This document shows positions 1 through 13,005 of a stretch of 64,000 nucleotides of DNA, piece by piece. Location of the stretch: contig OZ260664.1 of NCBI GenBank assembly GCA_965285935.1, forward strand, positions 45,756,001-45,820,000, written 5' to 3'. The notes under the pieces were generated by a model. It searched no databases, was not told the DNA's origin, and saw nothing but the letters and a program-made list of their open reading frames with translations. Both the position numbers and the translations under genes were made by a program. Positions within the stretch are counted from its first letter, which is position 1. Each line of letters starts with the position of its first letter. Origin of the DNA: Ophelia neglecta. Taxonomy: Eukaryota.

Positions 1-1787
1 ACACCCGGGGCCTGCCAACATTCTCAAGGGCAGCTCAGTAAAAAGTTCCTAGGCACATGGAGTTAGGCCATGTAATAGTCATGCTCCCAGGGTTTCTGTG
101 CTGTTGCAGCTCACCAAAGGCTCATCATGCATCATATTTACACTATAACTCCTCTTTATTAGTGCTCACTCTTATTATGTCAAGAGGCAACTGGTCCTGG
201 GAGCCAGCTGCTGGACAGAGCTATGTCCAAGAAGTAAAGGCCTTTCTGGTCATTTGGAGTAAAAAACCATAGCTGTGTTTCAATTTTACTTCCTTCATAC
301 CACAAGAGTGTGTAACTTGAATTGTCCCTGACGGAGGTATCGAGCACTTTAGACCCTGATAAGAAGCATGACCTGGAAAAAACATCCCACAAGAAAGCAT
401 AAACATCAAAAAGCCTCTATGGGTAAGACCAAACATTTTCATAACATTAATTTAACATGTCATGTGTGATTAAAAAAAATGCTGAAAAGTAAAAATGGTT
501 CTCAAATTAGCAATGGTACATACTGGATAAGTATGCTGTTTATGACCATGAAAGCAATTGTATGTAAAAAAATTGAGCGTGCTGGTATCTCCGTCTCCAA
601 TAGCCAGTCATATATTTACTTCATTTTTTCAGAATTATAATAAAAAAGGCCAGCCAAGATGAATGAAGAATGAAGGGTCCTTTGATACATGTTTTGTTCA
701 TTTTTACACATCTGGGAATGAAGACTGACACTTTTTAATGTCCATTTGATCAACCACTTTTACCAACTGGTTTGGGAGTTATAAACATGTTGTATATTTC
801 TCCTCTATTGATTTATTTATTTATTTTATTTTTTTCTTGGGGGGGGGGCTGCATTTCATTTTACTGGGTGCTTTCTGTCATGCAGCCAAACACTTCCAAA
901 ACTGCAGTAGGTATATGTTGAAGCAATGCCAGAGAATAATATTTTTAGGGCTAAAGTAATAGAAATAGTTTATAGACATATCATGGATGTGTTTGTAAAC
1001 AGGTCATAATGACACTTATATCGGCTTATAGTGAATATTTAATAATTCTGGTACACTGATTTCTGTCTGTCAATACGCAGGACAGTATTTAGCTAACTGT
1101 ATCTACACCCTAAAAGTAAATCAGTCAGACAATAACTATGGAGAGCCAGCTAGCCACTGAATGTACCAGATAGATAGTTAATCTGATAGTGAATCTGAAT
1201 GATTTAGCCAGTGTTTGAAGTCAGTATTGTTATTTTACATCCCCTAGATATTAGCCATGATGGATATCATGATCAGTGGTAGCGGTGACTGCCTTTTTCT
1301 TCTTTGCAATTCATGGTCTGTAAGACATGCAACATGGAACAAATTCCTATCTAACAGTGAAGTACACACTGGTACATTTTTACTATGATTAAGGAGTTGT
1401 TTATTGACACAGGAGAGGGCATCTTTTCTCACAGATTCATTGCCTTTTCCTCCATCCTTTTTTTCACGTGTACATGTATATGTACACAGCTAGGTGTCTG
1501 TTGCTGTAACCAATGCTTCTAAAGAATTAATCTTCATGAAAAATAACAAATAAATGCCCACATTGATGATTATAGCAGACAAAAATAATCTTTAGCAGAA
1601 AGTACTGATGAGCTTTAGGAGAAAGTGCCTCCTAGATTTATGATAGCTATAGTCTGAAAAGGCTTCAACCCGTCCGAGTGGGTAACATGTATTCCCTTTT
1701 CTAATCCCACATCCCTGGATTATTACTCCCACTTGCCTCATCCTGCCTCCCTGGGGTTCTCTTCCTTCTCTTCTCAACTCACCTCTC

Positions 1788-3060
1788 CTCACTGTGTTAG
1801 TCCCTCTGCTCACCCAAACTCACTGTGTTGGTTCTTCAGCTCGTCCCAACTCACTGTGTTAGTCCTTCTGCTCACCCCAACTCACTGTGTTAGTCCCTCT
1901 ACTCACCCCAACTCACTGTGTTAGTCCCTCTGCTCATCCCAACTCACTGTGTTAGTCCCTCTACTCACCCCAACTCACTGTGTTAGTCCCTCTACTCACC
2001 CCAACTCACTGTGTTAGTCCCTCTGCTCATCCCAACTCACTGTGTTAGTCCCTCTGCTCATCCCAACTCACTGTGTTAGTCCCTCTACTCACCCCAACTC
2101 ACTGTGTTAGTCCCTCTACTCACCCCAACTCACTGTGTTAGTCCCTCTACTCACCCCAACTCACTGTGTTAGTCCCTCTGCTCATCCCAACTCACTGTGT
2201 TAGTCCCTCTGCTCATCCCAACACACTGTGTTAGTCCCTCTACTCACCCCAACTCACTGTGTTAGTCCCTCTGCTCATCCCAACTCACTGTGTTAGTCCC
2301 TCTACTCACCCCAACTCACTGTGTTAGTCCCTCTGCTCATCCCAACTCACTGTGTTAGTCCCTCTGCTCATCCCAACTCACTGTGTTAGTCCCTCTACTC
2401 ACCCCAACTCACTGTGTTAGTCCCTCTGCTCGTCCCAACTCACTGTGTTAGTCCCTCTACTCACCCCAACTCACTGTGTTAGTCCCTCTGCTCACCCCAA
2501 CTCACTGTGTTAGTCCCTCTACTCACCCCAACTCACTGTGTTAGTCCCTCTGCTCATCCCAACTCACTGTGTTAGTCCCTCTACTCAACCCAACTCACTG
2601 TGTTAGTCCCTCTGCTCATCCCAACTCACTGTGTTAGTCCCTCTACTCACCCCAACTCACTGTGTTAGTCCCTCTACTCATCCCAACTCACTGTGTTAGT
2701 CCCTCTACTCATCCCAACACACTGTGTTAGTCCCTCTACTCATACCAACTCACTGTGTTAGTCCCTCTTTTCACCCAAACACACTGTGTTGTCCCTCTCT
2801 TCATCCCAACTCACTGTGTTAGTACCTCTTTTCATCACAACTCTCTGTGTTAGTCCCTCTACTCATCCCAACTCACTGTGTTAGTCCCTCTACTCATCCC
2901 AACACATTGTGTTAGTCCCTCTACTCATACCAACTCACTGTGTTAGTCCCTCTTTTCACCCAAACACACTGTGTTGTCCCTCTCTTCATCCCAACTCACT
3001 GTGTTAGTACCTCTTTTCATCACAACTCTCTGTGTTAGTCCCTGTTTTCATCCCAACTAA
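1788..3060 (+). repeat. 31-bp minisatellite, about 41 copies
   Basis: Unit CACTGTGTTAGTCCCTCT(A/G)CTCA(C/T)CCCAACT, homogeneous core with diverged ends. Confidence 0.97.
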
Positions 3061-3191
3061 CTGTTCCAATAGTATTACAATGAGAAAACAGGCAGTACAT
3101 GTACATGTGTCAACAATAGTCTAGTCCTCATAAAAAAACTCAATGGGCTTCTCATGTTGTAGGGTTTATTCATGTTATTGTCAATGTGCAC

Positions 3192-3520
3192 TTATTATTG
3201 CCCCCACCTTTTTTTTGAAGAATAAATGGGGCTTTATGTAGTGGGCCTCAGGGTTGTCCAGTAGCCCCGACGCCTCCACTGCCACCTGCTGCCACCTGCT
3301 GCCACCTGCAGCCTGATGGCGCTGCATCCTTTTGGCTGTGAAGTACCAATTTATTCTCAAATAGGTGGATCTAAATGCCTTGTTAATAATTTGCGATTGT
3401 AATAAACTCAAACACAAAAATTCAAGTTCAAGCCATAACATTCAAATTTATATTAAACTGTATTTATGGCAAATACCTATCTAACCATAACAGTGGATGG
3501 AAATATGGCTGCCCATTTAC
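3192..3520 (+). mobile_element. Non-autonomous Helentron/HINE-like fragment
   Basis: Starts TTATTGCCCCCAC-T run...AAATGGGG (hairpin), then a (GCCACCTGCT)n microsatellite; same layout as the copies at ~38361 (+) and ~56265 (-). 3' boundary approximate. Confidence 0.4.
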
Positions 3521-6500
3521 ATTGTAGAATATTACCTATTGAACTCGCACATATATAGGAAAAAAATTGCAGAGTTTAATTTCATTTAAAAGTGCTACAA
3601 AATAGATACCAGCAAGCTTGTTGACCCACTGAAGGTCTGGGTTTCTCACAAAACTCTGAAGAAATTGTAAAATCCTGAATGTCCAGAAACTACATATTTG
3701 AGCAGATTGAATATCGGCTATTTTAAATGAAGCCATAGTGTAAAAGGAGCTTAAAACGTATCATGGTGATGGGGCCCTATTTTAGCATGGTAGAAGGGCC
3801 TTTTTTAGCTTGATGAAAGGGCCCGTTGTAGATGTAGAATACTCTGGTAATATATTAGACTGATTTAACCCATACACCCTGACATTCCTTTATCTACTAG
3901 TTATTTACTACTGCTGAAATCATACCCAGGAGGCAAACAGTTAAAGGCATTTGGCTCAATACCCAGGTGCTTTGGTTCAAACAGAAATCAAGGCCAATTG
4001 TATAGGCCCTGAAAGTGTTGAAGACAATTTTTCATTTCTCTCTGGCTGGAGCATGCATTAGACAGTTTGCGGCAGAGCCTTTGACTCTCCTGGTACTGCA
4101 CCCGGATTGAATTTGGAGTATTGCTTCTGTCACTTCTGAATTAGCTTATTTCATGGCAGGGGGCTTGAGCTTGTACACAACTAGAGAATTTGATCGATAA
4201 TATTTTTGTAGCAGGTATTTCTCTGATGCATGGTGCTTGAGGAAATTGGTCTTTTCATGCATTGTAGTTAGTAGGCAAACCTCATCTTTACACAGATTTC
4301 TGATTTTCACAGTGGCAGACAGTATTATATTTGCTCCTAGAACAAATGTCATGGCTTGTCTTTTGTAGAAAAGGGATATCTGGTGTGACACGTTTTTTCT
4401 TATGTTTATATTCTGCAATGTAAACCTGGGGTAGGTTTGTGTAAATAATTTATCAACTCTTCCTGTGGAGTAAATTTCTGTACAAAGTGGTAGGTGAAGA
4501 GATTGCTAGTTTATGGTGGGCATTTCTTGTCAGGCAAGGGTGCTTTGTGTTCCCTTCCATCATTCACTTCCTCTGTTGCCTTTACCATATATTTTTAAGA
4601 TAAACTTTTTTTATTATGTATGCTTCTCGCAACTAACAAAGGGTTGATATTTATTTTTCTGTATGGTAGTTCTTTCATTGGATTCCTAGGACCAGTTCCT
4701 GCCTGAAACATTGAAAGTGAATACTGTTAACTTCCTGTGGATACCAGTGTGACCTTCAAGTTTGTTTGGCTGAGTCTGTACTGTAAACATTATAAAATTG
4801 CTTGATTTGAATATTGGTTTATTTTACAAAAATATATTTAATGATAATCTGCAAATATTGGCTTGCTGTGATGGAAAGTTTTATCTTTAATTAATACAAT
4901 GAGTTATCCCCTTCCTACTTCCAAAACCATGTATAATATAAAAAAATGATATTACTACGGCAATATGTGTATTTATTACCATGACACATGGGCAGGGTTA
5001 ACCAATCACAAAGTCCCCTCTTTCTTACTTACAAAATAGCCCCAGTATTGTTTATTTCATATATCTCAAAAAAAAAACCAGACTACACTGAAGCCTACAT
5101 ACAAGACATGTAGTTGTAGTGCAACTATATAAGAGATCTTTTTCTGTTTAATAATAAATGTATGTTTAGAAAAGGAAGCAGCAGTTGTCAAATGGCTTGG
5201 CTGAGTTCTTCCATTAAAATTTATCAAAGTAGGTAAGAGAAAAAGACAAGCTATATTTATGATGATAATGTTTCTTATGTTTTACTTTACTGAGGAAAGT
5301 GACAATTAAACTGACATTTAGTCCAAATACAAGGAACATTTAATCACCTAATGGGACTTAACTATGTGGATATTTATTGATAAATAATTTGATTTAGCTA
5401 TTGTGCAAACAAATTAAAAACCTGTGGGTGTTTTTACAGGTGCTAATGTTGACTTCTCTAACACAAGAGAGTCAAAAAAATAATGGGCAGGTAGTTATAT
5501 TTAAGTTTGGTTGTCTTATTTATTAATAAAACCACTGCCTCTTTTATGCTAAGTATTTTGAAGATGGCATTGCTCAAGAGTATCTTGTTATATATAAGAA
5601 TAATGGGCTCTGTAGAAAGCTGGTGGATATGTCTTGAAAATAGATAACTTGAAGATAGAGCCATGAGATCTATGTATGGGGAAGATTTTAGCACCTCTAT
5701 CTAATCCCTGTACATTTTACATCTACATGTACATACTAAATGTAGTTATCTGTCCCACTAGTCAAAATGTAGATTGTCTTTCGATTTTACCAGATTGAAC
5801 TTGTATGAGGGAAAGGCTTTTTTAGATCACAAATTTGGACTATGTTTCCTGGTCTGATGGAAACCATGAAACAAGAGAATGCCTTTGATTACCTGGTCCC
5901 CTTGGCTGTCTTACTTGTGAATGAATGTCCTAACCAGGTGGAAATGGCTTCAGTCAAACCTCCAAATTGAATCATGCATCTGGAGCTCCCATAAAGATGT
6001 CCCTATGATGATATCTTTAGTATCTACCTGGACCGCAAGGTTAAACTGACTACAACTTGATTAGCTTTGCCTAATGATAAAGGTCTAATAAATTTCTAGG
6101 GAAAAAGAATATTTCAATTCTTTAGATAACAGTACTGGTTAGTACTGGTACCTGTATATAAGGTTGTATATATCATTTTGACAGCAATGTTTTTTTGGTA
6201 TCAGATACTTAAATATGTCTATGTACATGTATATTTTAGTTTGAGTTGGGAAGTGGCAAAAATTAGCACATTGAACCTGGTCTTATTGAATACAATGACA
6301 TTGAAAAATATATTTGTTGATTGTACAAAAATGATCATTTTTTCATGACATTTTTCCATCTTTAGTACTATTGTCTTGGAACATACTCAGCACTTTGTTT
6401 CAGTGTTGTTTCAATATTGAGACTTTGCAATGTTAAGAAATTCTTCTAGAGTGCATGCACGTCCTCATATAGTTGTTTGAAAAAAGACAGGTCTCAGTAC

Positions 6501-7639
6501 TTGGTAATTTATTGCTAAATTGATAAGTACTGTAAGGTTATTGATGGAAACAAACTGTTTGCCATAATGCCTACATCTAAGTGTATTTTATTGGGTGGTG
6601 ATCACAGATTCCTAATGATTGGCTCAGGCTGAGATGTTTTAAAACCTCGGTGCAAATAAGACATTTCCTGAATGCGCCACTAAAACACAAGCTGAGGATG
6701 ATCTGGGCCACTTCCTGTGTGATAGGTCGGCATTTGTTTTCTTGCCATGTGCATGCTAGGATACACCGGAATTTAGAATAAGGCAAGGCGGTCTCGGGCA
6801 AGCCCTGATCAGCAGTGAGGTGTGAGGAAAATGCCAGTGAGATTGCATTGTGCTTGTCACAGTACTAGATCCAGCTGGACCATGAGCCTGGTATTGACTG
6901 CCTTGAGATGTATAGACAATGTGCTCATCTCTCATGGATCAGGGGGATTATTTTTAGGAGATGAATTGTTCAGTTAGCAATGCTTTAGACGGTGCCTGAC
7001 CATCTCATCCTCCCTGGGAAATTTTAATGTTGAATGCTTTAGTTTGAAGTGTATCTTTCTGGGTGATTTTACTGGGATCAAGATCAAGGCTGTTCATTAT
7101 TTCTTTGGGTTCAAACATCTTTTGATTGAATGGTTTGTTCAAGGGTTGAATCCCAATATAATGCTTATATTGAGTTAATGAGTTTAAACATTGAATAGCT
7201 GATATCCAGTCAAGAACATGGTACATTAAGAAACTGAGTTTCCCATTGGTGGCCATTAATTTCAGACCCGATTGACTCCAAAATCCATGCTAAAATGTGC
7301 CTTACAATTGAGTCATATGTCAAATTTTTTAGTAATAGTAACTATAGTTGTACAAATGATGTTAAAAAGACAAAATGGATACCATGTTTGTAGGGACAAA
7401 GTGATCCGCTTTTGATTGATTTGTTTTAAGTAGCTTTACTTGACAACCTGCAAAGGTATTGAGTTACTTGGGCTTCCTCCCTCTTTTACGTAGGCAGGAG
7501 TAGAGAATGTGCAATAGTCTCCTAGTTTGGCCAGGATGTTTCTCTGGGTCCAGGAGGTAAAAGAAAGAGGCTACAACAGGAGGCAATTGCATAAAACAAC
7601 ATGAGAAGGCAAAAGGAGAGGGTGTGAGATTAAGGATAT

Positions 7640-8600
7640 CATGACAGGAGGAGATTGGGAGGAGGCAAGAGCAGGAGGCAGCAGGAGTTAGGAAATAGGA
7701 GAGAGGGTTACAAGGAGGCAACAGGAAGCAGGAGACGGGATAAGGAGGAGGCAAGAGCAGGAGGGAGCTGCAGAAGATAGGCAACAGGAGAGGGGATTAG
7801 AAGGAGGCAAGAGGAAACAGGAGAGAGGATAAGGAAGCAAGAGGAAACAGGAGAGGGGGATAAGAATGAGGAAAGAGGAAACAGGAGAGGGGATAAGAAG
7901 GAGGCAAGAGCAGGAGGCAGCACCAGAAGATAGGAACCAGAAGATAGGAACCAGAAAAAAGGCTTAGAAGGAGGCAATGGGAAACAGAGAGGGGATATGT
8001 AGGAGGCAAGAGAAAACAGGAGAGGGGATAAGAAGGAGGCAAGAGGAAACAAGAGAGGGGATAAGAAAGAGGCAAAAGGAAACAGAGAGGGGATATGAAG
8101 AAGGGAAGAGAAAACAGGAGAGGGGATTAGAAAGAGGAAAGAGGAAACAGGAGAGGGGATTAGAAGAAGACAAGAGGAAAGAGGAGAGTGGATTAGGAAA
8201 AGTCATGAGCAGGAGGCAGCAGCAGAAGTTAGGAAACACGAAAGGGGGTTATAAGGTGGCAAGAGGATACAGGAGAGGGGATAAGAATGAGGCAAGAGAA
8301 ATTAGGAGAGGGGGTTAGGGGGAGGAAAGAGGAAACAGGTGAGAGGATAAGAAGGAGGCAAAAGAAAACAGGAGAGGGATTAGAAGAAGGCAAGAGGAAA
8401 GAGGAGAGGGGATAAGAAAAAAGTTATGAGCAGGGGGCAGCAGCAGAAGAAGGGAACAGGAAAGGGGCTTATAAGGTGGCAACAGGATACATGAGAGGGG
8501 ATAAGAACGAGGCAAGAGGAATAAGGAGAGGGGGTTAGGGGGAGGAAAGAGGAAACAGGTGAGGGATAAAAAGGTGGCAAGTGCAGAAGGCCACAGCCAA
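7640..8600 (+). repeat. Purine-rich ~33-bp degenerate minisatellite
   Basis: Unit approximately GGAGGCAAGAGGAAACAGGAGAGGGGATAAGAA; explains the low-complexity ORFs at 7464-8832. Confidence 0.9.
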
Positions 8601-9889
8601 AACAAAGACAACTGGAAGAGGCAACAAATGAAGAAAGCAACAGGTGAGGGCAAATGGGGAGGGACCAGGGGGTTGGAGAAGGAATGGTGGGAGAGATCAG
8701 GAAAAATGCGATGAGGCAACAAAATGAGGCTCTAACAGGAGGCAGCAGTAACAGACAATAAAAGAAGAAATTAAGAAGACAACAGCCGATGGAGAAGCCA
8801 ACTGAGAGAAGCAACAGAAGGACACAACACACTTAAATGACCTGTAGCACTTTAGGTATTTTTGTCACATAACAGTAGGTAGCTTTGGAATGGACTTTCC
8901 AATGAACATGTTAACTACTTGTATTTTTTTCAATAGGTGGGGGGCATGTAGAGATAATAAATATGCCACAAACATACTGTTTTATTTGAGATGAATTGCT
9001 TTGATAATTGAGGCTTCCATATTATATATTGACAAAATCCACATGTAATGAACTGATCCCACCCAGTTCTATATAGCATGTTTTGATTGCTCACATAAAA
9101 TATCTCCATATATATATTGGACTGAGAACTGTCATTAGGCCTTGGCTACATTTCATATTCCTCCAGTATAACTGTCAGTGATGCATTCATAAGCATATAA
9201 ATTCTATCCCCAAGATTATATGTTAATTCATTGTACTTAAAAGTGATGGCCACATTTCTTCGAAAATATAAGCCGAGGATTATTTGGTAATGTTGGAAGT
9301 AGTACTTAGAAAGTGTATCCCTGTTAGGTTCAGTCATTTGCATAACAGTCTTGATTTGGTTTATGGTAATGCTGCATTTGACAGCCAAGGTTTTGTGAGC
9401 AAAAAATAAATGTTATACATACTTGTGTATTGAATATGCATGTTATATAATGGTCATGTTGGTCTGGTGATGACTATTGCTACAGTTTACAACTGGTGAT
9501 GTTTCCAATCACTTCTTGCAGGGAAATGTTGTCTGTGTATATGAACATGTATGGAATATTCATGTAACTTGTCTACCCATGCCCCAGAACAGCTATATGT
9601 ACATGTACACATAGATGACAGCAAGAGGATTCTTTGAACCAAGTGCCAAGTTTAGCCGGAAGCGTTGACACTTTGACATCATACATGTATCTTCCAGCTG
9701 CTCACTCCCCAAACCAGCTTAAAGCGCAACTTTTTACTATTTTGAGTATGTGCCAGCAAATCCTGGTGTCAGTCACACTGAGTGGTATCAATAATATGTG
9801 CCACCAGTATGACAGCAGAACTGATTGTCAACAACAATATGAGCCTACAGTATGTGCGAGTCAGCAAAATTAGATTCCAGAAATGTTAA

Positions 9890-10335
9890 GTGCCTAGCAA
9901 TGCAGGGTGCCACCCAAACTGATTGGGACAATACAGCAGTGCCAGACATGCTGAGTGCCAGCAAGAAACAGTGCCAGCAGTCCCACATACAAGGAATGCT
10001 GAGTACTAGTAATGCCCAGTGCCAGCAATACCAAGGGCCAGCAATGCCATGTGCCACCAATGCTAAGTGCCAGCAATACCTAGGACCAGCAATGCCAAGT
10101 GCCAGCAATACTAAGGGCCAGCAATGCCAAGTGCCAGCAATACTAAGGGCCAGCAATGCCAAGGACCAGCAATGCCAAGTTCCAGCAATACCAAGGACCA
10201 GCAATGCCAAGTGACAGCAATACATAGGACCAGCAATGCCAAGTGCCAGCAATACCAAGGACTAACAATACCAAGTGCTAGCAATACCAAGGACCAGCAA
10301 TGCCAATTGCTAGCAATATGGAAGGCCAACAAAGC
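9890..10335 (+). repeat. 16-bp minisatellite
   Basis: Unit CCAGCAAT(G/A)CCAAG(TG/GA/GG); explains the ORFs at 9845-10345. Confidence 0.92.
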
Positions 10336-10749
10336 TCAATACTAACAGTAACAAGGGTCAACATTTCTGAGTGCCATCAAGCCAAGTGAGCAGTTCCAGC
10401 AATCATGTTGAGTACCATATAATGCTGATTACCAATAGGGGTGAAGTCAGCATATAACCAAGAACCAAAAAGTATTGAATGCGAACAATACTTTATTGTT
10501 GGTGGCACCAATGATAAATGCTAGCAAATATAATTGTACATGTTCATGTACAAGTGGTAAATTATATGACTCCACTATCCTAATGGCCTAACTAATGGCC
10601 TAAGATAGAGATACATTTTATGGATTGTGAAAGGAGTCTCAGAATGATACTTTCTCCTAATAATAGTGCAATGGATAATGTATAGGCATTTCACATAATT
10701 GTTATGATTGTTAGGAAACATTTTATTGGAATTCACTTGCATGGACACA

Positions 10750-11205
10750 TAGGTGTGTACAACACATGGATATGTACAACAAATGTACACAAACCTGTAC
10801 AACACAACAAGGTGTACAACACAAGAACAACACCTTAATGTGTGCAACACATGAAGGTGTACACCACAACAAGGTGTACAACACGCAAACAACCCCTAAT
10901 GGATACAACACAAGAACCAGTACATCACAACAGCATGTACAACCCAACAACATGTACTACACAAGAATGCATATAATGTACATGTTGTACACGATGTGTA
11001 CAACATGTACGACATAGATTCGAAAGTGTACAACATATGAACGTGTATAACACAACAACATGACCAACGAACGAATGTGTACAACACACAACCATGTACA
11101 ACAGAGGAATGTGCACAACACACAAATGCATACAATACAACAATTTATGCAACAAACTAACAAGTGAACACCTGAACACATGCTCATGAACATGTGCTTG
11201 TGAAC
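10750..11205 (+). repeat. Degenerate TGTACAACAC-based repeat
   Basis: Recurring (A/G)TGTACAACAC motif at irregular spacing of roughly 10-25 bp. Confidence 0.8.
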
Positions 11206-12071
11206 ACATAAAAGCAAAAGCCATCATCATGTTTATTGAATTTTCCTGACTTGTTGACCCACGTTGATCCATCATGTCCTTAACCTTACCAAATGAAGCC
11301 CCCTAACAACATTGTGTTTGGACTGTTTGGCTGCTCCTTCCCCTACTCACTTGTTCTATCAACTGAGACCTATCAAGTGCCCGTATTAGTAGTAAAACCC
11401 TTCTTCAACTATTGATTCCATATTTGCTGACATTTTCCAATCAATTTGGCATAATAGGAACCAACCTTTCTCTGGGTTATCTGCTTAGCATATGTTTACT
11501 TCCCTCAGGCACCAATTTCTCAATGATTATTGTCAATATGAAAATGGTAATGTCAGCCAAGTCCTCTTTCACAAAGAATCACTAGAACAACTTATTTTTC
11601 GGACAGCTTTATCCTAATTTTTTACTCCTTTCTGTATAAATTTTCAATTGGAATTGTGCCTGTAATGATTGCCTGCCAAAGTCGGCTATTAATCTATTGA
11701 CATGACCGAGAACTTCACACGGTTCTCAAAAGAGGAGAGATTGCTGAATTAAACAGCTACTGTTGCAGTAGTAATATAACAGTTGAATAGACTCGGGGAT
11801 GGCATTCAGGGCAATGTAATGGGTTTGGAGGGATGAAAAAGTAATTTCAGTATGCCCCATAATTTGCTGTGATATATGTATTTAAATACAGATTCTTTTT
11901 AATATAATTTAAGTTGGCCATGTTTTGATGCAGACCATTTGCATATTACTTGCACAGTTTCAGTATTTGAATACTACCGGTATAAACATTACAATTCATT
12001 CTAGTCAAGAAATATAAATTTAATATGTTCCCATCTTCTTAGACTACTTGGTTACTTTTTAGAGCAGGACT

Positions 12072-13005
12072 GAATGAACAGGAGTAGAGTTCAATGACCT
12101 CCCTCAGAACAGTACTGAACAGGAGTGGTGTTCAATGTCCTCCCTCAGAACAGTACTGAACAGGAGTAGAGTCCAATGTCCACCCTCAGAACAGTACTGA
12201 ACAGGAGTAGAGTTCAATGTCCTCCCTCAGAACAGTACTGAACAGGAGTAGAGTCCAATGTCCGCCCTCAGAACAGTACTGAACAGGAGTGGTGTTCAGT
12301 CTCCTCCCTCAGAACAGCACTGAACAGGAGTGGACTTCAATCTCCTCTCTCAGAACAGTACTGAACAGCATTGGTGTTCAATGTCCTCCCTCAGAACAGC
12401 AATGAAGGGGAGTGGAGTTCAATCTCCTCCCTCAGAACAGCAATGAAGGGGAGTGGAGTTCAATCTCCTCTCTCAGAACAGCACTGAACATCAGTGGAGT
12501 TCAATCTCCTTCCTCAGAAAAGCAATGAAGGAGAGTGGAGTTCAGTCTCCTCCCTCAGAACAGTACTGAACAGGAGTGGACTTCAATCTCCTCCCTCAGA
12601 ACAGTACTGAACAGGAGTGGACTTCAATCTCCTCCCTCAGAACAGTACTGAACAGGAGTGGACTTCAATCTCCTCCCTCAGAACAGCACTGAACAGGAGT
12701 GGACTTCAATCTCCTCTCTCAGAACAGTACTGAACAGCAGTGGTGTTCAATGTCCTCCCTCAGAACAGCAATGAAGGGGAGTGGAGTTCAATCTCCTCCC
12801 TCAGAACAGCAATGAAGGGGAGTGGAGTTCAATCTCCTCCCTCAGAACAGTACTGAACATCAGTGGAGTTCAATCTCCTTCCTCAGAAAAGCAATGAAGG
12901 AGAGTGGAGTTCAGTCTCCTCCCTTAGAACAGTACTGAACAGGAGTGGACTTCAATCTCCTTCTTTAGAACGGTACTGAAAAGGAGTGGATTCAATATCC
13001 TCCCT
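12072..13005 (+). repeat. 41-bp minisatellite, about 23 copies
   Basis: Unit CAGAACAGTACTGAACAGGAGTGGA(C/G)TTCAATCTCCTCCCT; period confirmed at 12597 and 12638. Confidence 0.97.

Noticed and set aside
1788-3060. CRISPR-like regular 31-bp repeats (also the 41-bp array at 12072-13005)
   Set aside because: Units are head-to-tail with no unique spacers, there are no cas genes and the context is a eukaryotic intron.
4050-4600. Possible LINE ORF1 remnant on the minus strand
   Set aside because: Only vague resemblance across frameshifts; not supportable without a search.
7464-11275. Many 70-150 aa ORFs on both strands
   Set aside because: They are translations of tandem or low-complexity repeats, open in several frames, with no splice or homology support.
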